DNA of 64,000 nt from an uncultured Candidatus Saccharibacteria bacterium (GTDB lineage: Bacteria; Patescibacteriota; Minisyncoccia; UBA6257; 2-01-FULL-56-20), in contig CAYHZA010000001.1 of assembly GCA_964361095.1 (NCBI GenBank), positions 1,456-65,455 on the forward strand, given 5' to 3'. The notes below the pieces were generated by a model. The model saw nothing but the letters and a program-made list of their open reading frames with translations. It ran no database searches and was not told the origin of the DNA. The position numbers and the translations under genes are program-made. The stretch's first letter is position 1, and the number at the start of each line of letters is the position of its first letter. Positions 55,030 to 64,000 of this stretch are shown in pieces.

Positions 55030-55151
55030 AAAGCATTTATATAGTATCTAAACAAAGTTTTTCTTGCAACAAATCTTCCAGGTATCAGCTTTAAGGTGGA
55101 GATGGATAGTAGCTATCGCTCTAGGACGATTAGGTATGTTATAATATTTCT

Positions 55152-55775
55152 ATGAGAAAGTTGGCGGCTGGAACAGTTTCGAAAATTAAGACGTTTCGGA
55201 GGCACGGGTTTAGCATTCCAGAAATCAGCAGGAAACTTCTTATCCCTAAGTCTACAGTATTCCGTTATATCCAGGGCGTAGCGATCGCCCCGGAATATTA
55301 TCAACGCTGGCAAGATCGTAGAAACGCGAGCAAAATCATCTCGTTGCGTAATTGGCAGATTGCCGAAAAGAATGCGAAAGAAATGTTGCCCCGCATCACA
55401 AAAAGAGAAATGGCGATTATGGGGGCAATGTTATACTGGGGCGAGGGATCAAAAGGAGACTTTAGTTTTTCCAATACCGATCCCCAAATGATAAGATTTT
55501 TTCTGAAAATCCTTCGAAGTGCATTTGGAATAAAAGATTCCGAAATAAAAGTTTCTTTAAGAATCTATGAAGATCTCGATCGAAAAAAATGCTTAAAGTT
55601 TTGGTCAAAAACAACCCGCATTAAATTAGACTCTACAACTTCAATCAACGTACTGAAGGGTTCTAAGAAAGGAAAACTAAAATACGGCATGTGCAGAATC
55701 CGAGTTCGAAAGTCGGGGTTGCTTTTGAAACAAATTTTGTCCATTATAAAGTTGCTTGCCGAGACGCCCTCGTAG
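55152..55775 (+). CDS. HTH plus LAGLIDADG-like (single-motif) homing-endonuclease-like protein
   Basis: N-terminal HTH FSIPEISRKLLIPKSTVFRYIQG. Core AIMGAMLYWGEGSKGDFSFSNTD...IRFFLKILRSAFGIK resembles the LAGLIDADG helix-strand pattern (LxxGxGDG variant). The stop codon overlaps the first nucleotides of tRNA-Arg. Confidence 0.45.
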   Translation: MRKLAAGTVSKIKTFRRHGFSIPEISRKLLIPKSTVFRYIQGVAIAPEYYQRWQDRRNASKIISLRNWQIAEKNAKEMLPRITKREMAIMGAMLYWGEGSKGDFSFSNTDPQMIRFFLKILRSAFGIKDSEIKVSLRIYEDLDRKKCLKFWSKTTRIKLDSTTSINVLKGSKKGKLKYGMCRIRVRKSGLLLKQILSIIKLLAETPS

Positions 55776-55840
55776 TTCAATGGATAGAACGGCCCTCTCC
55801 TAAGGGGCAAATGACTGTTCGATTCAGTCCGGGGGCACCA
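55766..55840 (+). tRNA. tRNA-Arg (anticodon CCT), CCA encoded
   Basis: Acceptor GCCCTCG/CGGGGGC. D-stem GTTC/GAAC. Anticodon loop CTCCTAA. T-arm GACTG-TTCGATT-CAGTC. Confidence 0.85.
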
Positions 55841-55971
55841 GAAAGGAAGTATGATAGAATTACTATAAGAGCCGCACCGATAAAAACTGCCAAAGAACCT
55901 GTTAAAAACATCGGCTCGAACCATATTTTAATTTTGGGGGAAGAAAATTTTTTAATCATAAAGTTCATAAG

Positions 55972-56406
55972 ATGTCAGATGATATTCCACAATTTGGTAC
56001 AAAACCAGAAAAAGAATATAAAGATAGACTTAGTGCTTACGCGGTTGTTTTTAATGACGACGGGAAACTTCTAACTCTAATAGTTGGAACAACATTTCAT
56101 CTTCCAGGGGGAGGCATTGATTTGGGCGAAGACCCGCAGGAGGCTGTAGTGCGCGAAGCGCAAGAAGAAGCTGGTTGTAAGATTACAGATTTACAATACA
56201 TTGGAAAGGCTAATCAGTTTTTTCTAAATACTGATATGGGCCCGTTAAACAAACTCGGAATTTTTTTCAAAGCACGAATGATTCACATAGATTCAACAAA
56301 AGGAGTTGAGGCTGATCACAAAATTTCCTGGCTTACTCCAGAAGAATTTTTTTATTCGTCATCTAGTGAATTTCAAAAGTGGGCGTTGAAGAAAGCTTTA
56401 GAGTAG
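55972..56406 (+). CDS. NUDIX hydrolase
   Basis: Nudix box GGGIDLGEDPQEAVVREAQEEAG. Confidence 0.75.
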   Translation: MSDDIPQFGTKPEKEYKDRLSAYAVVFNDDGKLLTLIVGTTFHLPGGGIDLGEDPQEAVVREAQEEAGCKITDLQYIGKANQFFLNTDMGPLNKLGIFFKARMIHIDSTKGVEADHKISWLTPEEFFYSSSSEFQKWALKKALE

Positions 56407-56607
56407 CAAATAGTGTTTCTTATTTACTAAAACTATGTAAGAGTAAAGCAAAGAAAGATCAGAAATTCTCACCAAGTATTGACTTTTTCCATTGAATATA
56501 GCAATCTAACTGCATCTTAGAGAAATGGTTCTTTAAGATGCTCTTTGAATTTTGAAGAACAGGGGATTCTACAAACCGGGTTCACCCCATTACCTGGAGG
56601 GATCTCT

Positions 56608-57453
56608 ATGGGTAGGTCGGTTCGGATAATAAGCGGTGTTGAGGCACAGGTCGTCGTGAATGGAAGGTTGTGTTTCATTGGCGACGATGGATGTATCAGT
56701 TCGGTTTTGACCGACCGGGACTTTGTTTTCCTGGGTGTCATTTCCACACGAAAGAATACCCACGTGTTCACCGTCACTCTTGAGGACAAGAAAACAAACA
56801 AGAGGCGCGTGAACGAGCTTCGTCACGGTCCGGAAAGCACCAGCGAGCGTTATGTTTATAGCCGGAGTATGCCGGTGCGTAAGGGACATGGCGATTTCTA
56901 CGTGGACTCGCGCACGAACGCGATGCACATGATCGCCATCTATCCGCCGAACTTCACGTTCCACGAGTTGCGTGTCGTATCCCGCCATGGAAAATTTTTT
57001 CTCACGGCGCAGTTACAGACGGGGCTTTGCTATCGGGATGAAACCTCGAACCTCCGATGCCCTCTCTTCGAGGAAGATCCGAAACGTCCCCGTCACAGCG
57101 GCTGGCCCGAAATGATTGAGTTTTTAAAGAAGAGAACCGCGATGGCCGAGAGGTCGTCCAAGATCTTCCCGCACATCAACGAGTATCGGCCGAAACCCGA
57201 TCTGCCGCTCGAGAAGCTCAAAGAAAAGGAGGGTTTCGTTCGCTGGTGGAACATCGGGAGAGGTATCGGCGCCTTCGTCACCCGTACGGGAGATGAGGTT
57301 CGGATGCATCACACGAAGGTTGTCGCCAAAGATCGCGTCCCGATCCTTCGCGAAGGTGATCTCGTGACGTTCGATGAGCTTCAGGCTCCGACCGGCAATA
57401 CGAGCTTCAAGTACGAGGCGATCGGTGTGAGGGTCGTGTCGCTCGCGAGTTAG
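56608..57453 (+). CDS. Hypothetical protein with C-terminal cold-shock-domain-like module
   Basis: GFVRWWNIGRGIGAFVTRTGDEVRMHHTKVV...GDLVTFDEL follows the CSD pattern. GC-rich. Start taken at MGRSV (RBS ggaggg). The listed ORF begins at 56545. Confidence 0.4.
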   Translation: MGRSVRIISGVEAQVVVNGRLCFIGDDGCISSVLTDRDFVFLGVISTRKNTHVFTVTLEDKKTNKRRVNELRHGPESTSERYVYSRSMPVRKGHGDFYVDSRTNAMHMIAIYPPNFTFHELRVVSRHGKFFLTAQLQTGLCYRDETSNLRCPLFEEDPKRPRHSGWPEMIEFLKKRTAMAERSSKIFPHINEYRPKPDLPLEKLKEKEGFVRWWNIGRGIGAFVTRTGDEVRMHHTKVVAKDRVPILREGDLVTFDELQAPTGNTSFKYEAIGVRVVSLAS

Positions 57454-57488
57454 TGAATCACTCCTGTTTTTGGAAATAGATTGACATC

Positions 57489-57525
57489 AAGGCCTTGCCG
57501 ATTTCTCGGCAAGGCCTGTTTTTTA
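57489..57525 (+). terminator. Rho-independent terminator aggccttgccg-atttct-cggcaaggcct plus T-tract
   Basis: 11-bp GC-rich stem followed by gtttttt. Confidence 0.65.
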
Positions 57526-57559
57526 TCACGGCAGGCAATAATCTGATAGAATAAGTGCA

Positions 57560-58567
57560 ATGAGAAAGCCGAAGCTGGTTGTGCTGGGAGGTGGCACGGG
57601 AACGTTCATGGTTCTCTCGGGCCTCAAAAAATATCCAATCGAACTTTCCGCGGTTGTCTCTATGGCGGATGACGGCGGATCAACGGGAATGCTTCGCGAT
57701 GAGCTTGGTGTTCTTCCTCCGGGCGACGTGCGTCAATGCCTTGTCGCGCTTTCGCGCTCGGATAAGCTTATGCGGGAATTGATGAATTACCGTTTTACGA
57801 ACGGAACATTGAAGGGCCACAGCGTCGGGAATCTTCTCTTGTCCGCGCTCGAAAAAATAACGGGGAGTTTCGATGTGGCGGTGGAAAAAGCATCCGAAAT
57901 TTTACAGCTTGAAGGGCGGGTGATCCCCGCGACGCTTGATAAGGTAGAACTTATGGCTCGCCTTGATCGCGGACGAACCATCCGCGGCGAGCGAGCGGTG
58001 TACGAGGCGAATCTTAAAGGATTGCGGCGGCTTGAGCTTATTCCCCGTTCGCGGGCGAATCCGAAAGCGTTACGCGCGCTTCGCGACGCGGATTTCATCG
58101 TGATCGGCCCCGGGGATCTTTACTCGAGCTTGATTCCGGTGCTCCTCGTTCCCGGGATTCCGCGCGCCATTACGGAGAGTAAGGCGAAAAAAGTTTATAT
58201 CTGCAATCTGATGACAAAAGCAGGTCAGACAGAAGGATTTGGTGTTTATGATTATGTGCGGGTCATTGAGCAATATCTCAAGGGACACTTTGATTATGCT
58301 GTGTTCAATAAGGAACGCCCGTCGGAGGATTTGCTCAAGCGTTACGCGCGGAAAGGTGAACATTTTGTTGATATTCTCAAGGGAGACAAAAAGAATACAC
58401 CGGGAAAAAATTTGAAAAAGAGTACTACCTATGTCGGTGGGAATTTGTTAAGCCGAAAAATTTTTATTCCGCCCAAAGGCGACCCGCTCGCGCGAACGCT
58501 GATTCGCCATAATTCGGATCGGCTCGCGCGCCTTCTTTTTAGGAAACTTATTGTTCATACGCTGTAA
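57560..58567 (+). CDS. YvcK/CofD-family protein (gluconeogenesis factor / 2-phospho-L-lactate transferase-like, UPF0052)
   Basis: VVLGGGTGTFMVLSGLK...MADDGGSTGMLRDELGVLPPGDVRQCL. Confidence 0.7.
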   Translation: MRKPKLVVLGGGTGTFMVLSGLKKYPIELSAVVSMADDGGSTGMLRDELGVLPPGDVRQCLVALSRSDKLMRELMNYRFTNGTLKGHSVGNLLLSALEKITGSFDVAVEKASEILQLEGRVIPATLDKVELMARLDRGRTIRGERAVYEANLKGLRRLELIPRSRANPKALRALRDADFIVIGPGDLYSSLIPVLLVPGIPRAITESKAKKVYICNLMTKAGQTEGFGVYDYVRVIEQYLKGHFDYAVFNKERPSEDLLKRYARKGEHFVDILKGDKKNTPGKNLKKSTTYVGGNLLSRKIFIPPKGDPLARTLIRHNSDRLARLLFRKLIVHTL

Positions 58568-58572
58568 TATTT

Positions 58573-59217
58573 ATGCGCCCTTCCTGTATCGCCCTTGATC
58601 TCGACCAAACACTTATCCACTACCGTGGCGAGTACGAAGGTATGTTCGAGCCTTTTACAAAAAGAAATGTTCCCAAAAAAATAGTGGAGACCGCGCGGGA
58701 TAACACTACTCTTGTCGGAGGGTTTTCGATCGTGAATTTACTGGTGACACTTCGTTCTCTTATTACTCATGTGCCCGACGAGCCGGCCATAGAACGTGAA
58801 CTCGAAATGTGGTTCAAGAATTGCCTCGCGCTTTATGATGATGCATCGCGTTTTATGAAACAGTGGGAGAAAAAACATACCCCGCCTCTTGCGATCGTGA
58901 CTCGGGGAGATGAAACGTGGCAAAGGCGTAAAGTTGAATTTCTTACTCTTGCCCATGATCATCTTTTTGTCACCGAGAAAAGGATTACGAAATGTGACGC
59001 ACTCCGCAAACTTATCACACGTTACGGCGCGCCTCTTATATTCGTTGATGACAAAGCGAGTGAACTCGATCGTGTGCGCGAAGAAGGGCTTGGGGAAAAT
59101 GCGGTTCTCACTGTTCTTATAAAACGTCCCGAAAGCATCTATAGGGACCAAAAGGCAGAGTTTCCGCATCGGGTAATCTCGACACTTGAAGATTTGAATC
59201 CGATTCTCGCTTCGTGA
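58573..59217 (+). CDS. HAD-superfamily hydrolase-like protein
   Basis: N-terminal motif I IALDLDQTL (DxDxT). Confidence 0.5.
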   Translation: MRPSCIALDLDQTLIHYRGEYEGMFEPFTKRNVPKKIVETARDNTTLVGGFSIVNLLVTLRSLITHVPDEPAIERELEMWFKNCLALYDDASRFMKQWEKKHTPPLAIVTRGDETWQRRKVEFLTLAHDHLFVTEKRITKCDALRKLITRYGAPLIFVDDKASELDRVREEGLGENAVLTVLIKRPESIYRDQKAEFPHRVISTLEDLNPILAS

Positions 59218-59285
59218 TACGCTCAAACAGCGAGGGCCTATAGTTTATCCGCCAGCTGGCGGAGGTAGAACGCCTCGTTTGTTCC

Positions 59286-59391
59286 CGCCCAGCCCCACTT
59301 TTACACACAGCATCGCATAACTCATAGAAAATTGTGCCATCAACCATTTTGGACTCTTATCTAACATTACTAGTAAAAGTGGGGCTGGGCG
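59286..59391. repeat. Perfect 19-bp inverted repeat (cgcccagccccacttttac / gtaaaagtggggctgggcg) around a 68-bp spacer, 20 nt upstream of tRNA-Cys
   Basis: Arms at 59286-59304 and 59373-59391. AT-rich interior with no ORF. Confidence 0.6.
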
Positions 59392-59411
59392 CAATCCCGT
59401 ATGACTTTGGT

Positions 59412-59486
59412 GGGCCGTTAGCTCAGTGGCAGAGCGCCTCATTTGCAATGAGGAGGTCACCGGTTCAATCCCGGTACGGTCCACCA
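59412..59486 (+). tRNA. tRNA-Cys (anticodon GCA), CCA encoded
   Basis: GGGCCGT acceptor, D-stem GCTC/GAGC, anticodon loop TTTGCAA, T-arm ACCGG-TTCAATC-CCGGT. A 12-bp leader/trailer complementarity includes the CCA. Confidence 0.85.
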
Positions 59487-59560
59487 AAGTCATACGGGGC
59501 AATGAGGGGGTCACCGGTTCGCAAAAACCTAAAAAATCCCAGATTATTTTGTAAATTGAT

Positions 59561-60412
59561 ATGTTCGAATTTTTAAGCTACATATTTTATTTTACCGCTG
59601 CAAGTGCTTCTCCACTACAAAGGAGATGGTTAGCGACGGCAAAAAATATTGATAACAAAGGGCAAATACATTTTGCTTTTCAAGTAACATTCATTACGGT
59701 CGTTTTGAGCTTGCTTCTGCCGTTTTTTAAACCTTTTTATCTCGCAGGAGATTTTTCTTATCTGACCGGTCTATCTCTAATCTGCGGAATATTCGGAGCG
59801 GGTTATTTTATAAGTTCCTATACTGCCCAAAAACATGTTGAAGCTGGCGTTACTACCCTCGTTAGCAATATTTACACACCCGTAACGATAGTTTTAGCGA
59901 CTTTTTTTCTCAATGAAAAATTAACAACAATACAGATATTTGGAACAATATTATTGCTCGTTGGTATGTTGATTGTTTCTCAAAAACACCGGATAGGAAA
60001 ATTCAAATTCGATAAGTATTTTATGCTTATGGTATTAAGTGGCGTAATGCTTGGAATATCTTTGACGGCAGAACGAGCACTGCAAAAAATGACAGGTTTT
60101 ACCGCGGGAACGATGTTTAGTTGGTGGATGCAATGTGCATTTTTGGGATTGGCAACACTTATAACACAAAATAAAAGCGAGTATTCAAAAAAAGATATTA
60201 CCATCACCGGAGGATTGAGATTTTTACAATCGTTGTCATGGGTCATTCTAATATTTGTGGTTGGAAATTTAAGCTTGGTATCCGCGATAACCACGTTCAA
60301 AGTTGTGATTATTTTTATAGCCGCGGCGATTTTCTTGAAAGAGCGCGAAGATTTGCCACGAAAAATTACCGGCAGTTTGGTTGCGCTCATGGGATTACTT
60401 TTGATGAAATAG
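59561..60412 (+). CDS. DMT-superfamily (EamA-like) membrane transporter
   Basis: About 10 TM helices with a two-repeat architecture. Confidence 0.45.
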   Translation: MFEFLSYIFYFTAASASPLQRRWLATAKNIDNKGQIHFAFQVTFITVVLSLLLPFFKPFYLAGDFSYLTGLSLICGIFGAGYFISSYTAQKHVEAGVTTLVSNIYTPVTIVLATFFLNEKLTTIQIFGTILLLVGMLIVSQKHRIGKFKFDKYFMLMVLSGVMLGISLTAERALQKMTGFTAGTMFSWWMQCAFLGLATLITQNKSEYSKKDITITGGLRFLQSLSWVILIFVVGNLSLVSAITTFKVVIIFIAAAIFLKEREDLPRKITGSLVALMGLLLMK

Positions 60413-60478
60413 TCTATGCCCCATGCAAAGATTTTAACCCTTGCCCATTTCACTCATTTGTTGTTACAATAACCACCA

Positions 60479-61705
60479 ATGCGTCGAAATCCACGGCTTA
60501 TACTCGGCATCATAACCCTCGTGACCATCGCGGCCGCTTTTTTTGTTTGGCCGGGGTCGCCGCTCGGGAAATGGCATCCGTGGCGTTTGGGGCTCGACTT
60601 GGTAGGTGGGAGCCACTTGGTTTACAAGGTTGATCTTTCACAAGTTACCGAGGGAGACCGAACCTCTGTTTTGAACGGCCTTCGGAATGTGATCGAAACG
60701 CGGGTGAATCTTTTTGGAGTAAGCGAGCCGCAGGTTTTTATCGCCGAATCCGGAAATGAAACACAGCTCATCGTTGAGCTCGCCGGAATTTCAAACATAA
60801 GCGATGCCATTAAACTCATCGGCGAGACGCCCTTTCTGGACTTTCGCGTATCCGAAGGGAACGGCACGAGTACGACCTTTAGCCCGACGAATCTGAACGG
60901 TCGCTACATCACACGTGCTCAACTTTCGTTTGCTCAGACCACCCAATCACCGGAAGTTTCCATTTCGTTCAATGACGAAGGGGCGAAAATTTTTGAAAAA
61001 CTTACCGAAGCGAATGTCGGCAAACCGGTTGGTATTTTCTTGGACGGCAATTTAATTTCGGCTCCGACCGTGCAGACTAAAATTTCCGGCGGTCAAGCAG
61101 TGATTACCGGGCGTTTTACGCTTACAGAGGCGCGTGAGCTTGTTGAGCGCTTTAACGCCGGCGCGCTTCCCGCCGCGATTACGCTTATCAATCAACAAAC
61201 GGTGAGTCCGAGCTTGGGCGCCGATTCCATGCGCAAGGCGATATTTGGAGGGATTGCCGGAACGCTCATCGTTATACTTTTTATGCTTTTCTATTATCGG
61301 TTTTTCGGGATCTTTGCCGCGCTCGCGCTCGTGGCTTATATCGTTCTCACGCTTGCGGTTTTCAAGTTGATTCCCATTACGCTTACGCTTGCCGGTCTCG
61401 CGGGTTTTATTTTGACGATCGGCATGGCGGTTGACGCGAATATTCTTATTTTTGAACGTACCAAAGAGGAGTTGAAGCGCGGTCTCTCGAAGGTCGCGGC
61501 GATCGAAGAAGGATTTCGCCGCGCGTGGCCCTCGGTGCGGGACTCGAATATGAGCACCATTATTACGGCGCTTATTCTCTACTATTTCACCTCGAGTTTT
61601 ATCCGCGGATTCGCGCTCACGCTTCTTCTCGGGGTATTAGTGAGCATGTTCAGCGCCATTACCGTAACGCGTACACTGATGCGGGTTTTTATCAAAAACA
61701 AATAA
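60479..61705 (+). CDS. secD: Protein translocase subunit SecD
   Basis: LGLDLVGGSHLVYKVD periplasmic-domain start. C-terminal 6-TM domain. Confidence 0.85.
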   Translation: MRRNPRLILGIITLVTIAAAFFVWPGSPLGKWHPWRLGLDLVGGSHLVYKVDLSQVTEGDRTSVLNGLRNVIETRVNLFGVSEPQVFIAESGNETQLIVELAGISNISDAIKLIGETPFLDFRVSEGNGTSTTFSPTNLNGRYITRAQLSFAQTTQSPEVSISFNDEGAKIFEKLTEANVGKPVGIFLDGNLISAPTVQTKISGGQAVITGRFTLTEARELVERFNAGALPAAITLINQQTVSPSLGADSMRKAIFGGIAGTLIVILFMLFYYRFFGIFAALALVAYIVLTLAVFKLIPITLTLAGLAGFILTIGMAVDANILIFERTKEELKRGLSKVAAIEEGFRRAWPSVRDSNMSTIITALILYYFTSSFIRGFALTLLLGVLVSMFSAITVTRTLMRVFIKNK

Positions 61706-62632
61706 ATGAAAGAATTCAATATCGTCGGGAATAAAAATATTTTTCTTTTTATATCGGGCGCGCTCGTCCTCGCGGCGGTTGTCGCTATTTTTCTTTTTGG
61801 ATTCCAGCTTGCGGTTGATTTCCGCGGTGGCACCTTGTGGCAGTTCGAAATTCAACCCGCATCGGCAACCTCAACTATTCCCACACTGGGGGACGTACAA
61901 AAATTCTTCGCGGAAAATCTAAAGATAAGCGACGCGGTAGTGAGTTCGGATCTTGCCGCGAAGACGTTTCTCGTCCGCTTGCCGGTCGTCGAAGAGCCGG
62001 ATCACCAGAAATACGTCTCGATCTTCAAAAGCGCGTTTCCCGGATTTTCCGAATTAAGTTTTCAATCTATTGGCCCTTCGGTAGGGAAAGATCTTCGAAC
62101 GAAATCAATATGGGCGATCGTCTTGGTTTTAGTCGGCATCTCGCTTTATATCGCGTTCGCGTTTCGAAAAGTTTCACGGCCCATCAGTTCGTGGAAGTAT
62201 GGCCTGATAACGCTCGTCACGTTGCTCCATGACGTGGTCATTCCCGCCGGATTTCTCGCGTTTTTGGGGTATTCTCAAGGAGTTGAAATAGACGGCAATT
62301 TTGTCGTCGCGCTTCTCGTCATCATGGGATTTTCGGTACACGATACTATCGTTGTGTTCGACAGAATCCGCGAAAATCTTTTTATATCAAAAGACAAAAG
62401 TAATTTTTCGCATATCGTAAATCAAAGCATTAACCAGACCATTAGCCGTTCGGTAAATACTTCACTTACGCTCATTTTGGTGTTGATTGCTCTTTATTTC
62501 GTGGGACCGCAGACGCTTTCTTACTTCGTCCTCACGCTTCTTATCGGGGTCACGCTTGGTGTTTACTCCTCGATCTTCGTGGCAAGCCCGGCATTGCTTT
62601 TGATCAATAAAAAACCCAAAGGAAGAGCTTAA
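61706..62632 (+). CDS. secF: Protein translocase subunit SecF
   Basis: DFRGGTLWQFE. C-terminal TM bundle. Adjacent to secD. Confidence 0.85.
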   Translation: MKEFNIVGNKNIFLFISGALVLAAVVAIFLFGFQLAVDFRGGTLWQFEIQPASATSTIPTLGDVQKFFAENLKISDAVVSSDLAAKTFLVRLPVVEEPDHQKYVSIFKSAFPGFSELSFQSIGPSVGKDLRTKSIWAIVLVLVGISLYIAFAFRKVSRPISSWKYGLITLVTLLHDVVIPAGFLAFLGYSQGVEIDGNFVVALLVIMGFSVHDTIVVFDRIRENLFISKDKSNFSHIVNQSINQTISRSVNTSLTLILVLIALYFVGPQTLSYFVLTLLIGVTLGVYSSIFVASPALLLINKKPKGRA

Positions 62633-62699
62633 AAACGAGGGGTGGCTGTGGATAACATAATAACTTGACGAATTGGGAAAGCCGATTTATAATAATCCT

Positions 62700-63728
62700 A
62701 TGCTACAAGCCCAAAAGGTTTTCAGCTCGTTATTTGATGGTTTAGCCCCTCGGCAGAGGGATATTTTGGTTAACCGTTTTGGCCTCCAAAACGGAGAGCC
62801 CGAGACGCTCGCGGCCCTTGGAAAGCGCTATGGTATTACTCGTGAGCGGGTTCGCCAGATCGAGGCAAGTGCCATTGATCTCTTAAAAAAGAGGATCAAG
62901 GTTAATAACGCCTGTATTGAGCTTATTCATTCGAGCGTAAAATACTTGCGTAGCATGGGCGGGGTGGTAGGGCAGGAAGATCTCCTTGCGTATCACCGAT
63001 CGTTTATCGAGGGACTTACGGCCAATCACGTGGCGTTTCTCGTTGAGGCGACCGGCGCGTTTTGTATTTATCCGGCGGATAAAAATTTTCTGGCGTTTTA
63101 TTACACCGATAAACAAAGCCTCAAAAAAACGATGGATTGGATCGCGCAATTTACCAAATCGTTAAAGGCGAAGAAACGGGAAATTTTAAACGGAGCTTAT
63201 CAGGCGCATCTCGTGAATTTTGTGCGCGAAAAGCGCATGGAGCAGAAACTCGCCGAAAGCCTTTTGGGTATTTCAAAAAAAATCATGGCGAGTCCGTACG
63301 GTGACGTAGGTCTCGCGGAGTGGCCTGAAATTTCTCCTCGGACGGTGCGTGATCGTATTTACTTGATCTTAAAGAAAAAAGGCGAGCCGATTCACTTCGA
63401 AAACATCGCGCGCGACATCAATGAGGCGGGTTTTGGCGGGCGGAAAGCATTGGGTCCTACGGTGCATAACGAACTTATCAAAGACGCCCGTTTTGTGCTT
63501 GTGGGGAGGGGAATTTACGGACTTGCCGAACAAGGATACGAACCCGGAACCGCGAAAGAGGTAATTCATAAAATTTTAAAGAAAAACGGTCCGCTCGCCT
63601 TTAAGGATCTCGTAAAGGAGGTGCAGAAAGATCGTTTCTTCAAACAGAACACAATTTTGGCGAATTTACAGAATAAAGGGCTTTTTGAGCGTCTTACGAC
63701 CGGCGTGTATCGCGTGCGCGAGGCATAA
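62700..63728 (+). CDS. Sigma-70 region-4-like domain protein with two C-terminal HARE-HTH-like winged-helix repeats
   Basis: LAPRQRDILVNRFGL...TLAALGKRYGITRERVRQIEASAI (sigma70 r4). Repeats RDRIYLILKKKGEPIHFENIARDI and AKEVIHKILKKNGPLAFKDLVKEV. The listed ORF starts with TTG at 62673. Confidence 0.55.
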   Translation: MLQAQKVFSSLFDGLAPRQRDILVNRFGLQNGEPETLAALGKRYGITRERVRQIEASAIDLLKKRIKVNNACIELIHSSVKYLRSMGGVVGQEDLLAYHRSFIEGLTANHVAFLVEATGAFCIYPADKNFLAFYYTDKQSLKKTMDWIAQFTKSLKAKKREILNGAYQAHLVNFVREKRMEQKLAESLLGISKKIMASPYGDVGLAEWPEISPRTVRDRIYLILKKKGEPIHFENIARDINEAGFGGRKALGPTVHNELIKDARFVLVGRGIYGLAEQGYEPGTAKEVIHKILKKNGPLAFKDLVKEVQKDRFFKQNTILANLQNKGLFERLTTGVYRVREA

Positions 63729-64000
63729 CGGAGGTTATTTTTTAAGTACTTCCAGAAAAGGTCCATAGTTTTGTGCGGCTCCATAGAGGGATTATCTCTT
63801 CCTCTTTAATGATAAGGGAGAGAAAGGTATACTGAATCAGTAGACTCCCGCCTTTGCGGGACGGGCAATTTTTTTGAAAATGGAGCAATTTTTCGATCAA
63901 TTATCCAATATAACAGGAGGCATTAACTTTGCTTCCCTCGCGAGTAACCAGTTTTTAGTTCTCGAAATCGGTCTTTTGGTTCTCTTTATTTTTTTTCCGT

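Overview
This window reads as a Candidate Phyla Radiation (Patescibacteria)-like bacterial segment of mixed GC content, and almost all of it is coding. The features that point to that lineage are a class II ribonucleotide reductase (nrdJ), a two-subunit transketolase, lamin-tail-domain and sigma70-region4/HARE-HTH proteins, a LAGLIDADG-like ORF, and many small ORFs.

Housekeeping genes present:
- Pentose-phosphate and glycolysis: rpiB, rpe, tktN/tktC, gap, fba.
- Translation: metG, leuS, L25/Ctc, obg.
- Nucleotide metabolism: thyA-folA, nrdJ.
- Secretion: secD-secF.
- Others: htrA, tatD, csp, an M16 peptidase, an ABC exporter, a GGDEF cyclase, a LOG-family protein, a NUDIX hydrolase and a YvcK/CofD-like protein.
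- Four tRNAs: Ser-TGA, Ala-GGC, Arg-CCT and Cys-GCA.

The accessory content is the most interesting part:
1. An AT-rich island at 1-7470 carries a GIY-YIG/DUF4357 nuclease, a RadC(JAB)-Dam methyltransferase fusion, a second Dam-like methyltransferase, a 505-aa candidate restriction endonuclease and a UvrD-like helicase. Together these look like a type IIS-like RM/defence module.
2. A family of small elements is bounded by near-perfect terminal inverted repeats of the form CCCCCACACC(A/T)AA...TT(A/T)GGTGTGGGGG. Some copies carry an ~86-aa GIY-YIG nuclease gene and others are empty or miniature.
3. One full copy sits at the 3' end of the transketolase N-subunit gene. It supplies a recoded replacement 3' end and leaves the original host 3' end as a remnant downstream.
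4. A second case at tatD shows a 33-bp duplication of the gene end flanking a cassette.
5. A tRNA locus is rich in deletion and duplication scars.
6. Several hairpin-repeat families are described in the findings.

Every family assignment is based on motifs read by eye from the translations and sequence. No database search was run.
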